A stretch of 64,000 bases of DNA from a phage, in the sequence record PZ476263.1, one strand, 5' to 3'. Positions within the stretch are counted from its first letter, which is position 1. The number at the start of each line of letters is the position of its first letter. The position numbers and the translations under genes are program-made. Shown one piece after another: positions 52,029 to 61,170 of the stretch. The notes beneath the pieces were generated by a model. The model was not told the origin of the DNA, searched no databases, and saw nothing but the letters and a program-made list of their open reading frames with translations.

Positions 52029-52282
52029 AATTAAGAAGCAGGGTCGCTACCTGCAAGTCGTCGGACTGAGATTCCCTGAATAAGACCCGACTTTAAGGCG
52101 TACAAATGTTCGGTTTAAAGTCCCTTATCTCACAGTCGAAACGGCGCATCCTATTCAGCCGTGATGTGATGTAATCACTGACCTCTTTGAAGGATCATGG
52201 CATCCTATACAAAAAAAAAACCTGAATAATTTAGGTTTTAATGCCTGGGGGTTCGTAGCCCTATTACTAAGAGGACTTAACT

Positions 52283-52492
52283 ATGTTTACTATTAAAATT
52301 ATTGATATCGATGGAAATGAGACGGGTGTTTCAACAAGGCACTACAGATGGTACTCAAAAATGAATATTTTTGATGTGGAGGGTGGAGAATCTGTTTCTG
52401 TACCACCAAAAAGTCGTGCTTATGTAATGAATGACAAAGGAATAACCATCGGTAGATACACAAATACAGCGGATCAACGCGTTCTTAATTAA
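52283..52492 (+). CDS. Hypothetical protein (69 aa) embedded in the tRNA island
   Basis: RBS AAGAGGA. Its stop lies 1 nt before tRNA-Gly. Confidence 0.55.
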   Translation: MFTIKIIDIDGNETGVSTRHYRWYSKMNIFDVEGGESVSVPPKSRAYVMNDKGITIGRYTNTADQRVLN

Positions 52493-52493
52493 A

Positions 52494-52568
<75 letters not shown>

Positions 52569-52667
52569 AACACATATCCATCTGACGCGTTTATGGGGTT
52601 GACCTGATCAATCTTCTCCTAATTTCGTGTGAAGACATCATGATTGTTGGGATGGATAAACTTATTT

Positions 52668-52742
52668 TGGGGATTAGCCAAGCGGTAAGGCATCGGATTT
52701 TGATTCCGACATTCACTGGTTCGAGTCCAGTATCCCCAGCCA
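52668..52742 (+). tRNA. tRNA-Gln(TTG)
   Basis: Acceptor tggggat/atcccca, anticodon arm tcgga-ttTTGat-tccga, T-arm actgg-ttcgagt-ccagt, CCA encoded. Confidence 0.85.
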
Positions 52743-52747
52743 ATTAA

Positions 52748-52824
52748 CGGTGTGTAGCGCAGCTTGGTAGCGCATCTGGTTTGGGGCCAGAGGGCCGTTG
52801 GTTCGAATCCAACTACACCGACCA
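52748..52824 (+). tRNA. tRNA-Pro(TGG)
   Basis: Acceptor cggtgtg/tacaccg, D-arm gcgc-agcttggta-gcgc, anticodon arm tctgg-ttTGGgg-ccaga, T-arm gttgg-ttcgaat-ccaac, CCA encoded. Confidence 0.9.
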
Positions 52825-52871
52825 ATTTACCCTCATATAACAATAATAAATATTCTCCTCTCCTTCGCCTC

Positions 52872-52899
52872 GGCTCTCCTTTTTTGGAGGGCCTTTTTT
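52872..52899 (+). terminator. Rho-independent terminator closing the tRNA island
   Basis: 8-bp stem ggctctcc/ggagggcc followed by T6. Confidence 0.7.
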
Positions 52900-52939
52900 A
52901 TTTGGTCTTTCGGTGATAAAATACTCAAAGGAGGTAATC

Positions 52940-53302
52940 ATGCCAGATTTTAAAAAATATTTATTCATTGCTATATTCATAGTGTTCTTAATTTCATCTG
53001 CTAAGCTTTATCTTAATCATGTTGAATCAGTAGGTTACGAAAAAGGTTTCAATGTTGCTAACTCTGCTTGGGTAAAAAAGGCAGGGGAGTACAAAAAGAA
53101 AATTGACGATACATATGAAGAAAACAAGCGTCTTAACGAGGAGCTTTCCCGATCCAATCAGGAAAAGATAAAGGATGAAAAGGCAAAAGAAGAAAAAATT
53201 ACCGATATGCAGATCGAATACTACAAGTCTGAAAAAGGTAAGGATGTCTTTGACAATAATGAAATAATTGACATATACAACGAATCCTTGGGGGTAAAAT
53301 GA
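52940..53302 (+). CDS. i-spanin (Rz-like) candidate (120 aa)
   Basis: N-terminal TM YLFIAIFIVFLISSA followed by a charged coiled-coil. RBS GGAGGT. A TGaTAAAAT extended -10 lies at 52914-52922. Confidence 0.55.
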   Translation: MPDFKKYLFIAIFIVFLISSAKLYLNHVESVGYEKGFNVANSAWVKKAGEYKKKIDDTYEENKRLNEELSRSNQEKIKDEKAKEEKITDMQIEYYKSEKGKDVFDNNEIIDIYNESLGVK

Positions 53303-53598
53303 GAAAAATATTTATAGCTTTCTTCTTTTGCTTTTTACTTTCCGGTTGTCAATCAGCAGAAATCTGTGGCCCTACGGAAGAAGTAACTATTGAGAAGATT
53401 CTTCCTAAACCTGATCTTGAACTCCTTGTCAAAGAAAAGGAAAAGAAGCTCATCCAGAAGGGATCTACTAATGCAGACGTTGGAAAGGTCATGAGTGATA
53501 ACAATCTTCGTTCCAATCGTATAGAGCGCCGTTGGGAAGGCTTAAGGACTTACGTTTGCAACAGTTTCAAAAATATCCCTAAAGAATACTGCGATTAA
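53299..53598 (+). CDS. o-spanin (Rz1-like outer-membrane lipoprotein) candidate (99 aa)
   Basis: Lipobox FLLSGC after a signal sequence. ATGA overlap with the i-spanin gene. Confidence 0.6.
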   Translation: MRKIFIAFFFCFLLSGCQSAEICGPTEEVTIEKILPKPDLELLVKEKEKKLIQKGSTNADVGKVMSDNNLRSNRIERRWEGLRTYVCNSFKNIPKEYCD

Positions 53599-53607
53599 CA
53601 TTGACAG

Positions 53608-53638
53608 GCCCTTGCTTTTATGCAAGGGCTTTATTTTT
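53608..53638 (+). terminator. Rho-independent terminator
   Basis: 8-bp stem gcccttgc/gcaagggc followed by TTTATTTTT. Confidence 0.75.
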
Positions 53639-53649
53639 AGTGCTTTTTG

Positions 53650-53658
53650 TGGTAATAT
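53650..53658 (+). promoter_or_regulatory. Extended -10 element TGgTAATAT upstream of terL
   Basis: Same TGnTAAWAT architecture as at 52914-52922. No clear -35. Confidence 0.35.
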
Positions 53659-53695
53659 ACCTTTTATCGACAGAAGTCAATAGTTAAGGAGAATT

Positions 53696-54050
53696 ATGTC
53701 TGCTACATTCGCACCTGCGAGTCGCAAGCAACAAATGGTTCTCGAATCTACAGCACAGATTATGGTAATAGGTGGTGCAGCAGGATCAGGTAAATCATAC
53801 CTTTTACAGTTGATGCCTTTGCTTATTGTAAACGACCCTAAAACAGCCTGCATCATGTTTCGTCGTACTGTACCGCAGATTCGTGGACAAGGTGGCTTGT
53901 TTGACAAAGCTAAAGATATTTATAACCAGCTGCCTCCGGTAGTTAAGCCGAAGTTTAAAGAGAACGAGATGACTGCTACATTCCCTAACGGAGCAACCGT
54001 TAAGTGGCAGTCTATGCAACACGTAAGTGATAAATACGACATCCAGGGGT
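53696..54050 (+). CDS. terL: Terminase large subunit, exon 1 (Walker A)
   Basis: GGAAGSGKS. The ORF stops at TAA 54050-54052, right after KYDIQG. The exon ends on the U at 54050. Confidence 0.8.
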
Positions 54051-54960
54051 AAAAATTTCCTGCCCATCGTATCTTAATCGGTGAAACTCTGTTATAATAA
54101 GTACAGACAATACCGAGATCCATTACCTGAAATGACAGTAGGGAGATATGATGAAAAAATTTGAAATTGTTCCAAGCAAACCTGAATTTTCCGTAAGTGA
54201 AGACGGGCTGATTATGTTTACCTCTACAGGTACTATTCTTAAGCCGTATGTTGATAAGGATGGTTACCACAGGGTTAGAAATTTCTCTGCTGGAGGTAAA
54301 TCTCATTACATCGCCGTTCATCGCGCCGTTGCTGAGGTTTTTGTTAAAAACCCTAACCCAAAAGTGTTTAAGATTGTTAATCACTTGGATAATGTTAAGA
54401 GCAACAATCATAAAACCAATTTGGAATGGACAACCGAATCATTAAACCGAGTTCATGCAGTTCATGCCAACGGTACAGCATCTGTTAGAAACAATGTTAA
54501 ATTTACAGAAGGTCAAGTCAGAAAGGTGTGTGAACTTTTGAGCTTGGGCTATCGGATAGTTGATATTGTGAAACTTACAGGCGTTGATAGATTCAATGTG
54601 ATGGCAATTAGAAGCGGAAAATCTTGGGTTCAGATCTCTTGTGAGTTTGAAACTTTAAAAGTAGAAAGAAAAGATACACTGTCTGAAAAGACGATTCTTT
54701 GGATTAAAGACCAAATTAATCGCCAAAGGTCAGATGATGAAATACTTTTAATGTCGGTAAGACTTACAAAAGAAGAGCTTGAAAGAGCAAAGAAGATTAT
54801 TTCATTGATGGATTGTAACGACTAATGCTGATGAGTGTAAGCATGTAGGGCCAAGCGGTCCGAAACGATACGCCAAGGATGGAAGATATAGTCTGAACTA
54901 TATGGTGACATATAGCTGCTTAAGCAGGGTTAAGATTAGCGATCTTAATCGAACACAATG
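54051..54960 (+). mobile_element. Group I intron (td-like, IA2-type core) carrying an HNH homing endonuclease gene
   Basis: The 3' part gaagatatagtctgaactatatggtgacatatagctg...ggttaagattagcgatcttaatcgaacacaatg closely parallels the T4 td intron 3' end as I recall it. It starts after a U and ends in G. Confidence 0.7.
54148..54825 (+). CDS. Intron-encoded HNH homing endonuclease (225 aa)
   Basis: GYHRV...HRAVAEVFVKNPNPKVFKIVNHLDNVKSNNHKTNLEWTT (I-HmuI / HNH_3-like). RBS AGGGAG. Confidence 0.8.
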   Translation: MMKKFEIVPSKPEFSVSEDGLIMFTSTGTILKPYVDKDGYHRVRNFSAGGKSHYIAVHRAVAEVFVKNPNPKVFKIVNHLDNVKSNNHKTNLEWTTESLNRVHAVHANGTASVRNNVKFTEGQVRKVCELLSLGYRIVDIVKLTGVDRFNVMAIRSGKSWVQISCEFETLKVERKDTLSEKTILWIKDQINRQRSDDEILLMSVRLTKEELERAKKIISLMDCND

Positions 54961-55020
54961 TGGAATTTACATTTATAGGTGTGGACGAAGGCACTCAGTT
55001 TGAGTGGGAGCAGTTAATCT
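54961..55020 (+). CDS. terL: Terminase large subunit, 60-nt exon 2 (Walker B)
   Basis: Joining gives ...KYDIQG-L-EFTFIGVDEGTQFEWEQLI, in frame. Ends on the U at 55020. Confidence 0.65.
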
Positions 55021-55341
55021 AGCTGCCTCGTACAGTAATGTACGATGAGAAATTCTTGTGAATTGCTGGAAAATCCTTAGAGCTTGTAAAACTACAACAT
55101 GACCTGCAAAGGTGAGTGTGAATGTTAAAAATTTACAAGATTGGACGATCAGCCTCCAAGCCTCTTTACGAGAGGAAGGTTCAACGACTAGCCGAAAGGC
55201 GTAGATCATAAGCAAATGATGATCGAAGTGCAAGACCCCTACCTTATTGGTAGGGTGAAGATATAGTCTGATCTGCATGGTAACATGCAGCAGTGCTTGA
55301 GTGCACGGCAACGAACTTGCGATCCGTTGCGAACATAACAG
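55021..55341 (+). mobile_element. ORF-less group I intron (td-like core)
   Basis: gaagatatagtctgatctgcatggtaacatgcagc...gcgaacataacag mirrors the 3' core of intron 1. Internal ggttcaacgactagccgaaaggc. The alternative 3' end at 55329 is also in frame. Confidence 0.6.
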
Positions 55342-56420
55342 TAGAATACATGATGTCTCGTCTTCGTTCCAGTTCTTCTTACCCTTCACGAATGGTAATT
55401 AGTTGTAACCCTGATCCTGATCATTATCTTCGTAAGATGGTTGATTGGTATCTCGATAAGGATGGTTATCCTGATCCTACAAAGGATGGAGTCATTCGAT
55501 ATTTCGTTCGAGTTGATGACCAATACATGTGGGGCGAATCAGTAGAAGAGCTTAAGAAGCGGTACGGTAAGAAATGTAAGCCTGTTTCTTTTACATTTAT
55601 ATCTTCTACTATTTACGATAACCCACCAATGCTTATTAACAACCCAGACTATCTAGCACAGCTGGAAGGTCTTAATGAGGTTGACAGAGCAAGACTGTTA
55701 CACGGCAACTGGGATGCACGTCCTCAGGGTGCTAACTATTTTAAACGTTCTTTTCTTAAAGAGGTTGATGTTCTTCCTTTAGGTGTAGATAAGGTTAGAT
55801 CATACGATAAAGCAGGAACTGAACGTTCTACAGGTAATAAAACACCTGACTTTACAGCCGGAATCGGTGTGGCGAGAGATCAGGACGGAATTTATTATCT
55901 TTTTGGCGATTATTGTGAAGAGTTTGTTGATGAAGGTGATTGGTCTACTGGCAACCTTGGTAGGTTCTGTAAGAAAGCTGGTGAACGAGATACGATCATT
56001 ATGAAACAAGCAATTCATGACGGTGATGATGTTAGAATAATATTCCCTGTTGACCCTGGTCAAGCGGGTATTGCTGAATTCACTACATCTTCCCGAGAAT
56101 TATTAAATCAAGGATTCATTGTTGAGAAAGACCCAACTCCTGGTAACAAGAAGAAGCTTGTACGCTTCTCTCCGTTTGCTAACCTTGCTCAGAACGGATT
56201 TGTTAGGATTGTTAAAAAGTCTTTCCCTTTGGATACCTATGAAGCATTAATGAAAGAGCTTGAATCTTTCAATGGTGAAAGGTCAACAGGGACACGTAAA
56301 GATGACTGGGTGGATGCTATCTCAACCGGAATAAATTTCCTTGAGAAAACAGAAATAGTCAGGGCTGTTACAATACCACGACCTTCTGCCCCAACACTTT
56401 ATTCGAAGTATCGACGATAA
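55342..56420 (+). CDS. terL: Terminase large subunit, exon 3 (nuclease domain)
   Basis: ...L-EYMMSRLRSSSSYPSRMVISCNPDPDH.... Spliced total is 1494 nt, giving 497 aa. Confidence 0.7.
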
Positions 56421-56429
56421 CCGAGGGGA

Positions 56430-57962
56430 ATGATTTTGAAAAATAAGAAAAGTCGTAAAACTAATGTTCGCAAAGCAACTAGCGAAGAATTAAATGTTTC
56501 TCGTCTTCGTATGAGTGAACAAGGTACTTTTGCACTGGCTAAGGTTCAGATCGAAACTGAACGAATGAAAGCCGAAGAAATTAAATGGCCTCAGCTTATC
56601 GGTACTGTTGAAGCTATGAAGCAAGATGCTACGGTAGCGACTGGCCTTGATATGCTGTATACTTTCGTAGAAAAAGCATTTAAGGATTTTAAAGTTATTC
56701 CTGGTAAATCAAAAGAATCACAGGATGCTGCCGACTTTATCACTTATTGTTTGAAGAATATGGAAGGACAAACTCTTCGCCAGTTTGCTCGTGATGCTGC
56801 AACATTTAATGAATACGGAATCTCCGTAGTAGAAAAAGTTTATACGCAGATCCTTACTGGTGAATATGCTGGCAAGTTTAAAATTAAAAATCTTGCTTTC
56901 CGACCACAAGCGTCTTTAAGTCGTAAAAATCCTCTCGTATATAGCGATGACGGTTCTAGAGTAATTGGCGTTAAACAGACCCTTACTTCTTTCAAGAATT
57001 ACACAAATAGCGTATTGGGCAATAGTTCTGGATTTATTGGTTCTCGCAACGGTGATGATGTTATCATTCCTGCAAACAAGGTTATGATCATGACCACTGG
57101 CGGATCTTCGTCTCAGGCACTAGGCGTTTCACCTCTGGTTGCTTGCTATCGACCTTGGCGTGAAAAGGTTCTGATTGAAAACTTAGAAGTTGTTGGTGCT
57201 ACAAAAGATATGGGCGGTGTTATCGAATTAAAGATACCTTCTTCCATACTTAACAAAGCTGCAATTGACCCATCAAGCTACGAAGCTGAAATGGTTCAGG
57301 GTCTAATGGCTGACGCAGCCAACGCCCACTCTGGTGAGCAATCTTTCTTTATGCTGCCTTCTGACACTAAAGATAACGCTCCTTTATACTCAATGTCTCT
57401 GAAAGGCATTGACGGTATGGGTAAACAGTACAGCACTCGTGACCTTATCAGTGATCGTAAGAAATCAATCCTTGATCGTTTGGGAGCAGGATTCCTTAAC
57501 GTGGGTAATGATGATGCTGGTTCTTATAATCTGTCTGAGTCTAAGCAAACAATCCACACTCAATTTGTACAACGTGTAAATGAAATTATTGCTGAAGCAT
57601 TAAATGAGAATTTACTCCCTCAGCTTCTGGCATTAAATGGTATTCGCCTTGAACAAAAAGAAATGCCTTTCATTAAATTCGGTCAGATTGTTGACACAGA
57701 TATGGAAGGATTCTCCAAAGCTGTACAGCGTATGGGTGCTGTAGGTTATCTGCCTAAGACTCCAGAAGTAATCAATAAGATCCTTGACGTACTTGGAATT
57801 GATTATCAGTTGGCAGAAGATATTTCTCAAGAAGACCTTATGTTGCTTCTTGGAGATAATACCAGTCGTTCAGGTGATGGCTTTGCGCCAGGTTCGACAG
57901 GAAACGGGACTGGAAAGATTAGTGCTTCAAGAGACAATTCAATTTCTAACTTAGAAAATTGA
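56430..57962 (+). CDS. Portal protein (510 aa)
   Basis: Size and position directly after terL and before the protease and scaffold genes. Confidence 0.7.
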   Translation: MILKNKKSRKTNVRKATSEELNVSRLRMSEQGTFALAKVQIETERMKAEEIKWPQLIGTVEAMKQDATVATGLDMLYTFVEKAFKDFKVIPGKSKESQDAADFITYCLKNMEGQTLRQFARDAATFNEYGISVVEKVYTQILTGEYAGKFKIKNLAFRPQASLSRKNPLVYSDDGSRVIGVKQTLTSFKNYTNSVLGNSSGFIGSRNGDDVIIPANKVMIMTTGGSSSQALGVSPLVACYRPWREKVLIENLEVVGATKDMGGVIELKIPSSILNKAAIDPSSYEAEMVQGLMADAANAHSGEQSFFMLPSDTKDNAPLYSMSLKGIDGMGKQYSTRDLISDRKKSILDRLGAGFLNVGNDDAGSYNLSESKQTIHTQFVQRVNEIIAEALNENLLPQLLALNGIRLEQKEMPFIKFGQIVDTDMEGFSKAVQRMGAVGYLPKTPEVINKILDVLGIDYQLAEDISQEDLMLLLGDNTSRSGDGFAPGSTGNGTGKISASRDNSISNLEN

Positions 57963-58028
57963 TCTTTGCTTTAAATCAATCTCTTGCAAAACGTATCGTT
58001 CAGTGTTAAAATAAATATCACGGGAGCA

Positions 58029-58601
58029 ATGATGGAAAACATTACTATCTCCGACCTTCCTTCACATACCTATCTGTCTCGAATTCAAAAGAGTCGGGCT
58101 GTGAAAAAGGCCAATGAGCTACTTGAAAAGGGCTTCAATAAGGAAGCCTCTATATCAGGAGCCATTGGCTCCGTTCTTATTCAAAAATCCAATCAGCAAG
58201 AAGAAATGATTTCTTATGAAATTATTTACGAACCTGATACTCCTGACCTGCATGGTCAGTGGATGAGTAAAGAAACATTAGTTAAGGCGCAACAGGATTT
58301 CAAAAAGGCTCAAGAAATAGGGGCCGTAACTGAAAACCTTTATCACTTGGTTGATACCGAAGCATTCAAGATCGTAGATCATTGGATTCAGCCAGAATTT
58401 GATGTAACTGTCGCTGCGACAGGTGAAGTCATTAAAGCAGGATCTTGGGTAGCAAAAGTTCAATATACACCTGAAGCATGGGAATTGAAAAAGGCTGGCA
58501 TCGTCGGCGGATTATCTCTTCAATGTGGCGGGATGTTGAATGAAGAAACAAATGAGCTATCCGATCTTGATTTCAGTATCGCATTGGAAGAGGAAGAATA
58601 A
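58029..58601 (+). CDS. XkdF-like (Peptidase_S78_2-type) prohead protease candidate (190 aa)
   Basis: IIYEPDTPDLHGQWMSKETLVKAQQDF motif. ATG at 58029 after GGGAG. Confidence 0.5.
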   Translation: MMENITISDLPSHTYLSRIQKSRAVKKANELLEKGFNKEASISGAIGSVLIQKSNQQEEMISYEIIYEPDTPDLHGQWMSKETLVKAQQDFKKAQEIGAVTENLYHLVDTEAFKIVDHWIQPEFDVTVAATGEVIKAGSWVAKVQYTPEAWELKKAGIVGGLSLQCGGMLNEETNELSDLDFSIALEEEE

Positions 58602-59686
58602 TGATTAAGACGTTGATAGAGAAAGGACGCAAGATTAAATCTCGCGGAATTGCTCTAACTCACAAAGACCAAGGTTACAGTGCTAATAATCGTCCTGTAA
58701 GCCTTCTCACCAAATCTGATATTGACCCGAATAAATTGACGGTTGATATTATCAAAACTTTAGAGCAAGTTCAGGTAACCCTGAGCATGGAAGAATTTCT
58801 TCGTAGATTCTTCGGTCTGTGGTCAGACGATGCTGAATTACTCGCAAAGATTCTGGGTTTTAAAACTGAATTTGAAGAGTATGTAGAAAATACAGACGAT
58901 CCTGATACATACGAAGAAGCTTATATTAAGCGTCATCAAGAATATATTGAAGAAAAGCTTACCACACTTTCAATTATCAACAAAGCAAAAGAAGGTGCTG
59001 ACCTTTCACTGTTGGAACGCTACGAACTAATTAAGACTCGTAAGCAATTCGAAGAAGGTTGTGCTGAACTGAATCTTGATTTTGGTGATACATCAACCTT
59101 ACGCAAGCCAGAAATTGATAAGGTAGAGAAATCTGCTGAATCTAAACCTGCAAGCTCCGCTGGAGCTACCACAACCATTAAGGAGACTCCTGTGGAAAAA
59201 GAAGTAGACGTGACTAAGTCTAAGCAATTCATTGACCTTATGAAAGCCAATGAAGCGCTGATGGCACAAGTACAGGGTATGCAAGAGACTTTCCTTGCTG
59301 CTCAAGATATCGTTAAAGCTCAAGCTGTTGCTAAACGTGAAATTGCAATCAACAAAGCTGCAAGCTTTGCATTTGTTGCTGAAGAACAGCGTGAAGCAGT
59401 TGCTGATCTGATTGAAGACCCAGCTAAAGCTACTGTTGTTGCTGTACTGGAAAAAGCCGCCGCCTCCCTGAAAGAAAAAGATGAAGCACTGGCAGCTAAA
59501 GACGCAGAAATCGAAGAGATCAAAAAATCCTTCGCTAATGGTGAAGAAACTGGTGCTGATGGTCAACTGACTGAAGTTGCTAAAGGTGCTGAAGATGCTC
59601 AAGCTCGCTTGAATCGTATTATCGCAGACCGCGCTGCTGAAATTGCTAAAGCTGCAAGTGGCACTTCTGAATTTATTAACGTCTAA
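58601..59686 (+). CDS. Scaffolding protein (361 aa)
   Basis: Ala/Glu/Lys-rich coiled-coil C-terminal half. Lies between the protease and capsid genes. Confidence 0.6.
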   Translation: MIKTLIEKGRKIKSRGIALTHKDQGYSANNRPVSLLTKSDIDPNKLTVDIIKTLEQVQVTLSMEEFLRRFFGLWSDDAELLAKILGFKTEFEEYVENTDDPDTYEEAYIKRHQEYIEEKLTTLSIINKAKEGADLSLLERYELIKTRKQFEEGCAELNLDFGDTSTLRKPEIDKVEKSAESKPASSAGATTTIKETPVEKEVDVTKSKQFIDLMKANEALMAQVQGMQETFLAAQDIVKAQAVAKREIAINKAASFAFVAEEQREAVADLIEDPAKATVVAVLEKAAASLKEKDEALAAKDAEIEEIKKSFANGEETGADGQLTEVAKGAEDAQARLNRIIADRAAEIAKAASGTSEFINV

Positions 59687-59706
59687 TTATCGAGGAAACA
59701 AATAGA

Positions 59707-60132
59707 ATGGCTAAAGCACACGTTGTAACTCTTGAAGGGAACTATTCCGATATCGTACTGGGCCGTGTTGTTGCATTTGGTGACACGGGTTGGAACTTTG
59801 AAGAAGTAGATATGGCATACACCGCTGACCTAGTGGCTGGCCTGCTGGTAGCTGCCGATGGTACTCCGGCTGCGGCTGCTGCTGATGTATACGGTGTTCT
59901 GGTTGACCGTAAAGTCCTGCCTGGTGTTACTAAGCATGATGGTGCAACCCCTATGGCTGGTGAAACCCTGCCTATGACTATCGCTGTTCGTGGTCTGACC
60001 CTGAACGCAACTAAACTGGTTTACGCTGATGGTAGCCCAATTGACGACGCTGGTAAGCTGGCTCTGTCTAAAGCTGGTAACCAAGTAACTGATCGTGTAG
60101 TAGCTACCGAATTCCTCGGCGCTATCCTGTAA
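59707..60132 (+). CDS. Head decoration protein candidate (141 aa)
   Basis: Small Ala/Gly/Val-rich protein immediately upstream of the major capsid gene, with the same strong codon bias. Confidence 0.5.
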   Translation: MAKAHVVTLEGNYSDIVLGRVVAFGDTGWNFEEVDMAYTADLVAGLLVAADGTPAAAAADVYGVLVDRKVLPGVTKHDGATPMAGETLPMTIAVRGLTLNATKLVYADGSPIDDAGKLALSKAGNQVTDRVVATEFLGAIL

Positions 60133-60155
60133 TTATTTCGAAGGAGACATTTTAA

Positions 60156-61151
60156 ATGCAAAACGGTGATTTTCAAATTCTGGATTATACTGGCCTGATT
60201 CAAACCCTGCCGCGTGTTGATACCCTGCTGCAAAGCATGAATCTGTTCACTGAGAACTTTGGTCGTACTACTATCGCTAAAATCGAACGTCGTGATGACG
60301 GTGCTGGTCAGATCAATGCTGTTCAGCGTGGTAGCGTTCGTCAGCACCTGGGTAATGATCGTAAAAAGATCGCAAACCTGAACATCCCGTTCTTCCCTCT
60401 GGACCGTTCTATTGACCGTGCTGATATCCAGAACTTCCGTGAATTCGGTACGGATAATGCTCCGGCAACCGTAGAAGCTGAAGTTGCTCGTCACCTGGCT
60501 CGTATTCGTCGTAGCCATGCGGCACTGAAATCCAAAGCAATGTATGCTGCACTGAAGGGTACTTCTTGGTCCCCGAACGATCCGGTTTGTGATTACGACT
60601 ACTACGATGTTTGGGGTGTTACCCAGCAGACCGCCGATATCGACTTCACCGCTCTGGCGGTTGACCCGATTGAAGTTATCGAAGCTGAAGCTCGTGCTCA
60701 CATCATCGATTACGCTGGCGACAGTGGTGACAACTACGAAATCGTAGTTATGGCATCCCGTCAGTGGTTCTCTGCACTGATCGCTCACCCGCAGGTAACT
60801 GGTGCTTACTCTCAGTATCCGTCTACTCAGGAAGTTCTGCGTCGTCGTCTGGGTGGCAATGCTAACAACCGTATCTTCGAACACAAGAACGTGCTGTTCA
60901 TCGAAGATATTTCCGGTAACATCCCAGCTGGTGAAGCTTATATCTTCCCTCGTGGCATCGACCGTATGTTTGAAATCTACTACGCGCCGAGCGACACTCT
61001 GGAAGGTGCTAACCAAGTTGCACAGGAACTGTATGTATTCTTCAAAGAATCTCAGTACCTGCGTGAAGCTAAGATCGAATCTGAAACTTCCTTCCTGACA
61101 GTTAACAACCGCCCTGAGCTGGTAGTTAAGTCAACTGGTAAGTTTGAATAA
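60156..61151 (+). CDS. Major capsid protein, lambda gpE-like family by size and layout (331 aa)
   Basis: Position, strong RBS GAAGGAGA, extreme CTG/CGT/GGT codon bias, and a terminator immediately downstream. Confidence 0.7.
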   Translation: MQNGDFQILDYTGLIQTLPRVDTLLQSMNLFTENFGRTTIAKIERRDDGAGQINAVQRGSVRQHLGNDRKKIANLNIPFFPLDRSIDRADIQNFREFGTDNAPATVEAEVARHLARIRRSHAALKSKAMYAALKGTSWSPNDPVCDYDYYDVWGVTQQTADIDFTALAVDPIEVIEAEARAHIIDYAGDSGDNYEIVVMASRQWFSALIAHPQVTGAYSQYPSTQEVLRRRLGGNANNRIFEHKNVLFIEDISGNIPAGEAYIFPRGIDRMFEIYYAPSDTLEGANQVAQELYVFFKESQYLREAKIESETSFLTVNNRPELVVKSTGKFE

Positions 61152-61170
61152 TTTTAATAACTATCTTAAA

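Noticed and set aside
52619-52843. 74-aa minus-strand ORF
   Set aside because: It lies entirely across tRNA-Gln and tRNA-Pro; the tRNA cloverleaves explain the sequence.
53601-53606. Perfect TTGACA hexamer upstream of terL
   Set aside because: There is no -10 element at 16-18 bp, and the hexamer lies immediately upstream of, and abuts, the terminator hairpin.
53920-54411. 163-aa minus-strand ORF inside intron 1 (and the 87-aa ORF 53804..54067)
   Set aside because: It is antisense to terL exon 1 and the HNH gene, which have clear motifs and RBSs. It has no motif or RBS of its own.
54973-55389. 138-aa minus-strand ORF covering intron 2
   Set aside because: It spans exon 2, the structured intron core and exon 3 on the wrong strand and has no RBS. 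Intron 2 is better described as ORF-less.
60021-61016. 331-aa ORF on the minus strand exactly opposite the major capsid gene
   Set aside because: It is a mirror ORF created by the extreme codon bias of the plus-strand gene. It has no RBS and a low-complexity Thr/Ser/Val-rich translation. The plus-strand gene has a strong RBS, a terminator and structural-module context.
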